Below are positions 1 to 8,352 of a stretch of 64,000 nt of DNA, piece by piece; the stretch's first letter is position 1, and each line of letters starts with the position of its first letter. Below the pieces are notes generated by a model. The model was not told where the DNA came from. It worked only from the letters and a program-made list of their open reading frames with translations, and did not search any database. The DNA comes from Gemmatimonadota bacterium (GTDB taxonomy: Bacteria > Gemmatimonadota > Gemmatimonadetes > Gemmatimonadales > GWC2-71-9). The DNA lies in NCBI GenBank assembly GCA_039933845.1, contig JBDTNH010000002.1:1411-65410 (forward strand). Direction: 5' to 3'. The translations under genes and the position numbers were made by a program.

Positions 1-251
1 GACGCCAGCAACTCGACCCGACCGGCACTGACATGGCGGCCGAGTCGATCGACCCACGCCGGAGCGTGAGCCTCGAGCCAATCGAGCAGTGGTCCCGAGA
101 CGTGGATCGCGACGGGCCACGTCTCGCCGCGCTCGAGGCCATCGAGTAACGGCCCGTACACGGCATCGAGGTGATCCCGGAAGACCGAGTCGAAGTTCCC
201 CACCGGTTGATGGAGATGAAGTCCGAAGCAGAAACGCACGCGGTTGGGCAT
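1..251 (-). CDS. glycoside hydrolase family 57 protein, N-terminal fragment (gene runs off the window start)
   Basis: Manual minus-strand translation from the ATG at 251: MPNRVRFCFGLHLHQPVGNFDSVFRDHLDAVYGPLLDGLERGETWPVAIHVSGPLLDWLEAHAPAW... The HLHQPVGNF N-terminus is GH57-like. The start overlaps the upstream stop (TGATG). It is absent from the ORF track because it is truncated. Confidence 0.6.
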   Translation of the reverse strand, partial: MPNRVRFCFGLHLHQPVGNFDSVFRDHLDAVYGPLLDGLERGETWPVAIHVSGPLLDWLEAHAPAWVDRLGRHVSAGRVELLA

Positions 252-2203
252 CAAGACTCCGGGATGGCGATGCCGAATCGGTCGGCGAGCTGGTCGCGCT
301 CTGAGTTGGCGGGCCAGGCAGCCAATCGCAGCCACGCATCTGTGGCAATGGCATCGGGGACGTCCTGCCCGCTCAGCAACCAGAGATCGAGCACCGCATG
401 CACGATCGTGGCGGTGCCGACGGGATCACCTTCGGTGCCGCGTTGCCAGGCGCCCGCAAGGATGCGCGGGAGCAGCGCAGGCAGTCCGCCGCCGAGCATC
501 GCCGTGGCATCGAGGTGACGCGTGCCGACGGCTGCCTCGAGCACCACCGGCAGCGCCAGCGAAAGGAGTCGTCGACAGAGGGGGGCCGGGATCTCTTCGA
601 GGAGAATCACCCCTGACCATCCACCCTCGCTGTCTTCCCGCACATGGATGCGTCGAGGAACCACGCCGAGGGTGATGAGTTCGGTTTGCCAGCGACGAGC
701 GCGACCACTGGTCCGGTGTGTGGTGACAATCGTGTCGCCGTCCACGAACCAGTCATGCGCCGGCATGGCACCCTCGAACGGCGCATGCGGCGCCAACTCG
801 CGGAGTGCCGCGATACCCGCAGCCATCGCCGGCACGGCACGCCGCCCGGGAAGAACATCCTGCTCCCAGATGGTCACACCGGTCCCATCAGTGTGATCGT
901 TGGCATGGGCCTCCGCCAGTGCTGTCCGGAGCGCCGCCTCGAGTGCCTCGGCATCGTCCACGGGAAGAAACTCAAGTGCGCGAGCGGCGTGACGGAGCAC
1001 GACACGCGGTTCGATCCTGGCGAGGTCGTCGAAGAACCACGCGCACGACGTGAACATCGCGAGCGCATGTCGTTCGGCCTCGAGCAACAGTCTCGCCGCG
1101 GGGGGGAGCGGACCAGCGCCATCGAGTCGGGGGCCTGCGATATTCCGGATCTCGTGGCGATTGCCGGCGTCGCGTGGCCATTCGCGCTCGACGACGGCAT
1201 CGAGGCCGAGCGACAGGACCTCGAGACCGGCGCGGAGCGGCGCCCGCCACGCTTGCGAGGTGTGGGGATCCATCCGGCAGCCGCAGTCGGCCTGCCACCG
1301 ATCGACGCCGTGCTCACAACTCCAGGCGCTTGGGCCGACGATGCCGGTCTGAACCGTCGGCTCGATGGTGACGAGCACCGCTTCGGCGCCAACCATGCGC
1401 GATGTGGGATCTGTGGCGAGGGCATCGATGACGCCGGCAATCGCCAGATCGCCAAACCGGTGATGGTGCCCGAATGTCTCTCCGTCAGTGGCGAGGGCGA
1501 TGACGTCGCGATCGATCGGTGCGCTGAGGCGAGTGGCGAACCGTTCGGCGTCCTGGAGCAACGCACCGAAGGCCACGTCGTGAGCCAGGACGCCGTCGTA
1601 CGCGAGAATGCGCATGTCATGGTCAGGGTGATCCCAGTGCACCGGAGCACCCGTGGGGTCGGTGGTCGCGACCTGACGGGGCGCCAGGATCGTCCCGCGG
1701 ATGCCCTCCTCGGCCAGGACCCCGAGAGTCTCCTCGTCGACCGCGGTCTCGGGGAGCCACATTGCGAACGGATCGCGACCGAACACTCGACGGAACTCAC
1801 GCATGCCCCAACGAATCTCGGTGCGTTTGTCGCGCCTGGAGGCCAGTGGCAGGATCACGTGATGGTAGGGATGCGCGATCGCCGTGCCGTGGCCGGTCCG
1901 TGCAATCGCGTCGCGATCACCCTCACGCATTGCGTCGAGTACATCTGTGGCATGCCGCTCGAGCCAGTGGACGAGTGTCGGGCCCACGTTGAACGACAGC
2001 CAGGCCCAGGCGTTGTGGACCCGCACGATCCGACCGTCGGCATCGAGCACGCGCGCCCGCGAGAGCGGTCGGTAACACTCGCGCGTGATCCGCGTGTTCC
2101 AATCGTGGTCGGGGAGTGCAGTTGGTTCCTCGGGGACCAGCTCCAGCCACGGCTCCTCACGGGGTGGCTGGTAGCAGTGCGCATGCACGACGATGCTCGG
2201 CAT
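251..2203 (-). CDS. GH57 family protein with DUF3536-type C-terminal region
   Basis: 650-aa ORF. The N-terminus MPSIVVHAHCYQPPREEPWLELV... is typical of GH57/DUF3536 proteins. It sits in the glycogen cluster, 6 nt after the upstream gene. Confidence 0.8.
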   Translation of the reverse strand: MPSIVVHAHCYQPPREEPWLELVPEEPTALPDHDWNTRITRECYRPLSRARVLDADGRIVRVHNAWAWLSFNVGPTLVHWLERHATDVLDAMREGDRDAIARTGHGTAIAHPYHHVILPLASRRDKRTEIRWGMREFRRVFGRDPFAMWLPETAVDEETLGVLAEEGIRGTILAPRQVATTDPTGAPVHWDHPDHDMRILAYDGVLAHDVAFGALLQDAERFATRLSAPIDRDVIALATDGETFGHHHRFGDLAIAGVIDALATDPTSRMVGAEAVLVTIEPTVQTGIVGPSAWSCEHGVDRWQADCGCRMDPHTSQAWRAPLRAGLEVLSLGLDAVVEREWPRDAGNRHEIRNIAGPRLDGAGPLPPAARLLLEAERHALAMFTSCAWFFDDLARIEPRVVLRHAARALEFLPVDDAEALEAALRTALAEAHANDHTDGTGVTIWEQDVLPGRRAVPAMAAGIAALRELAPHAPFEGAMPAHDWFVDGDTIVTTHRTSGRARRWQTELITLGVVPRRIHVREDSEGGWSGVILLEEIPAPLCRRLLSLALPVVLEAAVGTRHLDATAMLGGGLPALLPRILAGAWQRGTEGDPVGTATIVHAVLDLWLLSGQDVPDAIATDAWLRLAAWPANSERDQLADRFGIAIPES

Positions 2204-2209
2204 CGGGCC

Positions 2210-3856
2210 TTAGATGGCGGGAAGGTCGGACGCGGCGGCGAGCGCACCCAGCAGGGAGGGGAAGGGATCATCGACTCGCTTGTACTCGTCAGCGAGGTAG
2301 CGGGCGTGTGCCACATCGCCCCACCCCTCCATCGCGGGCAGCAATGCCTCAAGGGCGTCACAGTGCTCGACGAATCGCTTGGTCGCGTAGTCGTCCGCGG
2401 CGCCGGTCGAGATGATGAACTGCCAATCTGACGACTGCGCCAACAACAGTTCACGTGCAGCCTGCTCGACGATCGGCGCGAGATGTGTCTCCTCGACCGC
2501 GGTCGGGACAGCATTCCAGAACCGCTCCTCGAGTGGCCAGAGGCGTTCCCACGTCCACGCGGTCTCGTTGTTGAGCCACTTGGAGAAGTCGCCGTTGGCA
2601 CCCCACGAACCCGGCTCGAGTTCGATCACTGCGTCGGGCGGCTCGTCGGCCAGGAGTTCACTGCCAGTCGCGGGCGTGACATCGCCGGCCGCATCGAGTT
2701 GGGCGTAGAGATCGGCGAGGAAGTCGATCCCTTCGAACCACCAGTGACCAAACAATTCGGTGTCGAACGGTGCCACGATCGACGTGTCTGACTCGGTGGC
2801 CCGTGACGCGATCCGGTGCAGCACCTCGCGAAAGTGCCGTGCGTGCTGGGTGGCGGCCTCGCGGGCTGCGGCGGGGTCGTACGGCGCCTTGTCGCCGAGG
2901 TCAGCGGCGGGATCGGTCACCCGCCAGAGCTTGAGGCCACCGGGATAGCGGATCTTGTGGAACTCGAGGTAGCGTGAGTCACCCGGGTAGCCCCCGTGTC
3001 GACTCCACACCTTGGCGGTGGTCTCGGGATCCCGGATCACGACATCGACCGGGCGCGTGCGGGGCGGTCGGTGTCCGACCTCGAAGCTCCGGTAGGGCGA
3101 GACGTCGGCCTCGCTGTCGAGTGGACGCGTTGCCTCCGATTCGTAGAGCTCCCACGCGGCACCGGCGCGGGCAAGATGCGCGTCGACGACGAACCAGCGG
3201 AAACCGGCGTATCGCAGGTGCGTCTCCGTCCCTTCACGATGGGCCACTGCCGTGGCACTGTGCCATGGCTGCCACGGTCCGGCCGGACGATAGGCACACT
3301 CCGGCACCCAGCACCCTTTCGGAAGCACACCGAAATGCCGCAGATGTTCGGCGCGCCCAAGCAGCAGCTGGAATCGTATCGACTCGTCGCGCGCGAGCAG
3401 CGGGAGGAAGCCGTGTGTCGCCGCCGAGGAGATCAGTTCGATGCGGCCGTCCGCCGCATGATGGCGGAGCGTGGCGACCATATCGCGATCGATGCGCTGC
3501 CACAGCTCCTGCAGACGCGTGAGGTGGTCCTTCCAGAACGGCACCAACGGAATGAGCGCGTCGTCGCCGGTGCTCTTGAGTGAGGCTTCCGATTCCGCCA
3601 GCGTCTCGAAGCGTTGCGCGAAATACTCGTCGAGGTCGGTCTTGAAGGACGGATGCGCCAGTTGGGCGGCGAGGATCGGCGTGACACCCAGTGTCAGTGC
3701 GACTGGGGCACTCGCGCTCTCGGCGTGTTCAAGCCAGGCGAGGAGCGGGAGGTACGTATCGATCGCCGCCTCGGTCAACCAGTCGCTGCCATGCGGCCAC
3801 TTGCCGTGGTGCAATACCCACGGCATGTGCGAGTGCAGGATCAGGGTGAATCGCAT
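2210..3856 (-). CDS. GH57-type 1,4-alpha-glucan branching enzyme
   Basis: Within ORF 2210..4012, the homologous region starts at MRFTLILHSHMPWVLHHGKWPHGSDWLTEAAIDTYLPLL (ATG at 3856). That ATG shares one nt with the glgA stop (TGATG). The upstream 52 codons are Arg/Pro-rich shadow sequence. Confidence 0.8.
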   Translation of the reverse strand: MRFTLILHSHMPWVLHHGKWPHGSDWLTEAAIDTYLPLLAWLEHAESASAPVALTLGVTPILAAQLAHPSFKTDLDEYFAQRFETLAESEASLKSTGDDALIPLVPFWKDHLTRLQELWQRIDRDMVATLRHHAADGRIELISSAATHGFLPLLARDESIRFQLLLGRAEHLRHFGVLPKGCWVPECAYRPAGPWQPWHSATAVAHREGTETHLRYAGFRWFVVDAHLARAGAAWELYESEATRPLDSEADVSPYRSFEVGHRPPRTRPVDVVIRDPETTAKVWSRHGGYPGDSRYLEFHKIRYPGGLKLWRVTDPAADLGDKAPYDPAAAREAATQHARHFREVLHRIASRATESDTSIVAPFDTELFGHWWFEGIDFLADLYAQLDAAGDVTPATGSELLADEPPDAVIELEPGSWGANGDFSKWLNNETAWTWERLWPLEERFWNAVPTAVEETHLAPIVEQAARELLLAQSSDWQFIISTGAADDYATKRFVEHCDALEALLPAMEGWGDVAHARYLADEYKRVDDPFPSLLGALAAASDLPAI

Positions 3857-5352
3857 CAGGCGCCGACCAGTCCGGCGCGGCGGGCGATCGCCCGACTGTA
3901 GATGGTCGCATAGGTCTCGGCGACGCGGTCCCAGCCGAAGTCGCGCTGCATGCCGGCGTCCTGCATCTCGCGCCACTGCTCCGACGCGCCATGTTCGGTC
4001 AGCGCACGCCACATCCCGCCGGCGAGCGCGCGTTCGTCGTAGGCATCGAAGAGGAAACCGGTGATGCCGTCGTCAATCGTGTCGGCGAGACCACCGACGC
4101 GTCGTGCGACGGGAATCGTCCCGTAGCGCTGGGCCCGCATCTGGGTCAGGCCGCATGGCTCGTATTGCGAGGGCATCAGGAAGAGATCGGCGCCGGCCAT
4201 GAGCTGGTGCTCGAGCTCGTCGGAGAATGTCGTGTCGATGCCGATGCGGCCGGGCTCGGCATCGCGACGAGCCTTGATGGCCGACTCGAACTTCCGCTCG
4301 CCACTCCCCAGAAACACAAACTGTGCCGGCAGCGCGAAGAGGCTGGCATTGTCGACGACGAGGTCGAGCCCTTTCTGCGTCACCAACCGGCCGGCCAGTG
4401 CGATCACCGGAACATCGGTCCGCTCGGTGAGTCCGAATCGGCGTTGCAGATCGGTCTTGCACGCCGCCTTGCCGGTGAGGTGTCCCGGACCATAGTGTGC
4501 CGCGATATGCTCGTCACGGAGCGGGCTCCACTCCTCCTGGTCGATCCCGTTCAGGACCCCCGTGAACCGGTCGCCCATCCACGAGAAGACTTCCTGCAGG
4601 CCGAAGCCGCCGGCCGCCGTGCACAGCTCGGTGGAATGTTTCGGCGAGACGGTGGTGGCGATGTCGCAGTGGGTCAGGCCACCCTTGAGCAGGTTGGTCT
4701 GTCCGTGCCACTCGAGCTTGTCGTGATTGAACACGTCCCACGGGAGACCGATTTCCGGGATGATGTCCGAGCCGAAGTGGCCCTGATAGCCACCGTTGTG
4801 GACCGAGAGGACCACCGGGATCCGGTCGAACCACGGATCGCCCTTGAACCAGGTGCGCAGGTAGACCGGGGCGAGGGCGGCGTGCCAATCGTGGGCGTGC
4901 AACACCACCGGGCCGCTCGTGATCCGTGGCAGGAACGCGATCGCGGCCGCGGCGAAGGCGGCGAACCGAAAATGGTTGTCGGGGTAGTCCCCCCCCTCGC
5001 CGTAAATGCCGTCCCGATCAAACAGCCCGTCGTGCTGGATGAAGTAGCTCGGCGTGCCCGACGCGGGATCGCGGTCGTTCCAGAGCTGGAACGACTCACT
5101 GCGCGTCCCGAAGTGGAGCGTCATCGGCTCACCGACCGGGACCGCATCGCGGAGGTGCTTCCGGACAGTGCGGAAGAGCGGCATGATCGCAGCGGTCGGC
5201 CGACCACGGCCGTGCTGCAACCTGTGCAGTCCCCACGCGGCCTCGGCCAAGCCACCCGTCCGCGCGTACGGGTAGTATTCCGCGCTCAAGTGCACGATCG
5301 TTGGCGTCGAGCCATCGATGTCTGGAAGCGGAATGGGCGGTGGCGCGGGCAT
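3856..5352 (-). CDS. glgA: glycogen synthase (GT5)
   Basis: 498 aa. IVHLSAEYYPYARTGGLAEAAWGL N-terminal motif, and C-terminal FLMPSQYEPCGLTQM typical of GlgA. Confidence 0.9.
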   Translation of the reverse strand: MPAPPPIPLPDIDGSTPTIVHLSAEYYPYARTGGLAEAAWGLHRLQHGRGRPTAAIMPLFRTVRKHLRDAVPVGEPMTLHFGTRSESFQLWNDRDPASGTPSYFIQHDGLFDRDGIYGEGGDYPDNHFRFAAFAAAAIAFLPRITSGPVVLHAHDWHAALAPVYLRTWFKGDPWFDRIPVVLSVHNGGYQGHFGSDIIPEIGLPWDVFNHDKLEWHGQTNLLKGGLTHCDIATTVSPKHSTELCTAAGGFGLQEVFSWMGDRFTGVLNGIDQEEWSPLRDEHIAAHYGPGHLTGKAACKTDLQRRFGLTERTDVPVIALAGRLVTQKGLDLVVDNASLFALPAQFVFLGSGERKFESAIKARRDAEPGRIGIDTTFSDELEHQLMAGADLFLMPSQYEPCGLTQMRAQRYGTIPVARRVGGLADTIDDGITGFLFDAYDERALAGGMWRALTEHGASEQWREMQDAGMQRDFGWDRVAETYATIYSRAIARRAGLVGA

Positions 5353-5355
5353 CGG

Positions 5356-7533
5356 TCAGCCTGTCGGTGGATCGTCGGTGAAGGGGTCGCCCCTCAGGAT
5401 CGGCGCGTAGTACTGCCGAGCGTAGTCCTGGAGCATCCGCCGGGCCGCGAACTGCTTGCCGGCGACACGGATCGATTCCTTCATCCGCATCACCCAACCC
5501 TGTGGCACCCCATCCTCATCCCGATGATACCACATCGGGATCACTTCCTGCTCCAGGATTCGGTACAGCGCCTCGGCGTCCTCGGCGTCGACCGCATCGT
5601 CGGTCGTTGCCTCTGAACGCGGGATGGTCCAGCCGTTCCGCCCCGAGGCCCCCTCTTCCCACCAGCCATCGAGTGTTGAGAGGTGCGGGACGCCATTGAG
5701 CGCCGCCTTCATGCCACTCGTCCCACTCGCCTCCAGCGGCACCCGCGGGACGTTGAGCCAGAGGTCGACGCCCTGGACCAACAGGTGGGCCAGGTGCATG
5801 TCGTAATCCTCGAGGAAGGCCACACGCCCCTCGAACATCGGGTCCCGGGTGAAGTGGTGGATCGCCTGGAGCACTTCCTTGCCCGGAATGTCCTGCGGGT
5901 GCGCCTTGCCCGCCACGACGAGCTGCACCGGTTGCTGCTGATCGGTGAGCATGCGCTTGAGGCGCTCGGTATCACGGAACAGGAGGTCGGCGCGCTTGTA
6001 GGTTGCGAACCGACGTGCAAAACCGATGGTGAGAACGTTCGGGTCGAGCAGCGTGCCACTCGCCACGACCTGCGCGGCCTCGGTCCAGGTCTCGCACCAG
6101 CGTCGCCGCGCATCCTCGCGCACATGATGCAACAGCGCCTGCTTCAGCGTCTGGTGTTCCGACCAGAGCATGTGACTATCGAGCCCGAGCACGGCATCCC
6201 ACGTCTCCACGTCGTCACGACGCGTGACCCACCCGCGGCCAAGGTGCCGGTCGAGTAGCCGCTTGATGGGGTTGGCCATCCAGGTGGGCAGGTGCACGCC
6301 GTTGGTGACGGCACCGATCGGCACCGCTTCGGGGGCTCGGCCTTCCCAAAGGTCTCCCCAGATCTCGCGCGAGACGATGCCATGGCGTTGGGCGACACCG
6401 TTGACGTGACCGGCACAACGGATGGCGAGCACGGTCATGTGGAACTGATCGAGGCCGCGTGCCGCATGCACCCCAAGCGCGAGCACGCGATCGAGCCCGA
6501 TCTGGAAGCTGGTCAACCAGGTGGCGCCGGCGCACTCGATCACACTCTCGAGGTTGAAGTGGTCGTGACCCGCTGGTACCGGCGTGTGCGTGGTGAAAAG
6601 CGTCGTCCGGCGGATGTCGCTGACGGCCACATCGAAGTCGACGCCAGCCATCACACGCTGACGCATGCGTTCGAGCATCATGAATGCGGCGTGCCCCTCG
6701 TTGGCATGCCAGGCGCCGGGTGTCACGCCCAGCGCGGCGAGCACCTGCGTGCCGCCGACGCCGAGCACCCATTCCTGGCGGAGCCGCATCGGGAGGCCGC
6801 CGGAGTAGAGCTTGCTGGTGAGTCCGCGGTCCTCGGGGTCGTTCTCGTCGAGATCGGTATCGAGCAGGTAGATCGGTGCGCGTCCGACCGTCATCGTCCA
6901 GACCGCGATGTGCACCGGTCGGCCGAACGTCTCGAGTACCGTCACCCAGGGCGCGCCATCTGCGCTTGGGATCCGAACCAGCGGCGTGAGGATCGGGTTG
7001 ACCTCGTCGTCACCGTCCTCCTGCCAACCGATCGGACTCACCCGCTGATCGAAGTATCCCTTCTTGTAGAAGAGTCCCACGCCGACGAATGGCACGGCCA
7101 AGTCAGATGCCGTCTTGCAGTGATCGCCGGCGAGCACACCGAGACCGCCGGAGTAGATCGGGACCGAGGCGTGGAGACCGAATTCAGCGCAGAAGTACGC
7201 GACAGGACGGTCAGCATCGAGTTCCGGCCACTGATCACGAAACCAGCCGCCTTCGGTGGTTCGCTCAACGGTGAACCACGCCATGACCTCGTCGTAGTGC
7301 GCGAGGAAGTCGTTGTCATGGAGCAGTGCCTCGAGACGTTCCGGCGTGACGTCACGGAGCAATGCGATGGGGTTGTGGGCGGTCCGGCGCCAGATGACCG
7401 GATCGACGCGCCGGAAGATGGCTCGGGCCTGGCGGTGCCAGCTCCAGGCGAGATTGCAGGCAAGAGCGGCCAGTCCTTCGATCCGGGCAGGGAGGGCGGG
7501 GATCTTGGCGCGCTGAAGATCAAAAAGGTCCAT
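5356..7533 (-). CDS. glgP: alpha-glucan phosphorylase (GT35, GlgP family)
   Basis: 725 aa. LACNLAWSWH..., YFCAEFGLH..., EASGTSGMKAALNG (PLP-Lys region). Lies 3 nt upstream of glgA. Confidence 0.9.
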   Translation of the reverse strand: MDLFDLQRAKIPALPARIEGLAALACNLAWSWHRQARAIFRRVDPVIWRRTAHNPIALLRDVTPERLEALLHDNDFLAHYDEVMAWFTVERTTEGGWFRDQWPELDADRPVAYFCAEFGLHASVPIYSGGLGVLAGDHCKTASDLAVPFVGVGLFYKKGYFDQRVSPIGWQEDGDDEVNPILTPLVRIPSADGAPWVTVLETFGRPVHIAVWTMTVGRAPIYLLDTDLDENDPEDRGLTSKLYSGGLPMRLRQEWVLGVGGTQVLAALGVTPGAWHANEGHAAFMMLERMRQRVMAGVDFDVAVSDIRRTTLFTTHTPVPAGHDHFNLESVIECAGATWLTSFQIGLDRVLALGVHAARGLDQFHMTVLAIRCAGHVNGVAQRHGIVSREIWGDLWEGRAPEAVPIGAVTNGVHLPTWMANPIKRLLDRHLGRGWVTRRDDVETWDAVLGLDSHMLWSEHQTLKQALLHHVREDARRRWCETWTEAAQVVASGTLLDPNVLTIGFARRFATYKRADLLFRDTERLKRMLTDQQQPVQLVVAGKAHPQDIPGKEVLQAIHHFTRDPMFEGRVAFLEDYDMHLAHLLVQGVDLWLNVPRVPLEASGTSGMKAALNGVPHLSTLDGWWEEGASGRNGWTIPRSEATTDDAVDAEDAEALYRILEQEVIPMWYHRDEDGVPQGWVMRMKESIRVAGKQFAARRMLQDYARQYYAPILRGDPFTDDPPTG

Positions 7534-7644
7534 GCACCAAACCTAGTGGGGGCCGGCCTGGGCGTGTCTTCGATGGCCGGGTCGCTCGTCTTGACGTATG
7601 ATCCACCACCCCCGTGCCATCGTCCCTTTCTCACGGAGCCATCC

Positions 7645-7860
7645 ATGAAGCCACTCGCCATCTTCGGAATCCTGCTCATCCTCGCCGGCGGATGGGTCAC
7701 CATCAACGGCGGCTCATTCACCACCCGGGAGAACATCGTCGACATCGGCTCCGTCAAGATCTCTGCCGACAAGGAGCGGCCGATCCCGATGTGGGCTGGG
7801 ATCGGCGCAATCATCCTTGGTGCCGGGCTGGTCTTCAGCGGCATGAAGACGAAGAGCTGA
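7645..7860 (+). CDS. small two-TM membrane protein (hypothetical)
   Basis: Only the last 71 aa of ORF 6292..7860 look real: MKPLAIFGILLILAGGWVTINGG...WAGIGAIILGAGLVFSGMKTKS. ATG at 7645, two hydrophobic helices. The rest of that ORF is antisense to glgP. Confidence 0.55.
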   Translation: MKPLAIFGILLILAGGWVTINGGSFTTRENIVDIGSVKISADKERPIPMWAGIGAIILGAGLVFSGMKTKS

Positions 7861-7869
7861 GCTGTCGGA

Positions 7870-8352
7870 TCAGGTCTTGGAGGCCGAGTCCTCGGCGGCC
7901 TCCTTGGCCTCGTCAGCCGGTGTCTCATGCACGTTGGACAGCAGGGCACCGGTCATCGCGTCGATCTGGACCTCATCGATCCCCGACTTGCCGTTCGACT
8001 TGATGTCGTAGCTGTAGAGCAGCTTGCCGCCCTCACGCTCGAGCTCGAACGCCTCGACCATGCCGCCGGGTACTTGGGCGAGCGCCGTCTTCCGCGCAGC
8101 CGGCTCCGCGATCTTGGCTTCCTTGGCGAGCGCCTCGGGGCTTTCCTCGGCGCCCTCGTTTGCTTCGCCAGCCTCATTGGCCTCGCCCGCCTCACCGGCC
8201 TCAGTGCCGGCAGCCATCGTCGTCGTGCCGGCGCTCATCGCCCCTTCTGTTGCCTCGTCGGTCTCGGCGTCCTTGGCGCAGGCCGCGGCAGTAGCCCCGA
8301 CGGCCAAGGTCAGGATGAGGGCGCTCAACAGCTTTCGTGGTGTGGACATCAT
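7870..8352 (-). CDS. PepSY domain lipoprotein with acidic low-complexity linker
   Basis: Signal peptide plus lipobox (LAVGATAAAC). EAGEAGEANEAGEANEG linker. The C-terminal AFELEREGGKLLYSYDIK...IDAMTGALL is PepSY-like. Its start overlaps the RND stop (ATGA). Confidence 0.7.
   Translation of the reverse strand: MMSTPRKLLSALILTLAVGATAAACAKDAETDEATEGAMSAGTTTMAAGTEAGEAGEANEAGEANEGAEESPEALAKEAKIAEPAARKTALAQVPGGMVEAFELEREGGKLLYSYDIKSNGKSGIDEVQIDAMTGALLSNVHETPADEAKEAAEDSASKT

Noticed and set aside
644-2431. 595-aa plus-strand ORF antisense to the GH57/DUF3536 gene
   Set aside because: Arg/Gly/Pro/Asp-rich with no recognisable motifs. It fully overlaps a gene with clear family signatures on the other strand. 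This is the typical shadow ORF of a high-GC genome.
3991-5616. 541-aa plus-strand ORF antisense to glgA/glgP
   Set aside because: Same reasoning: low-complexity Arg/Glu/Val/Asp composition opposite two well-supported genes.
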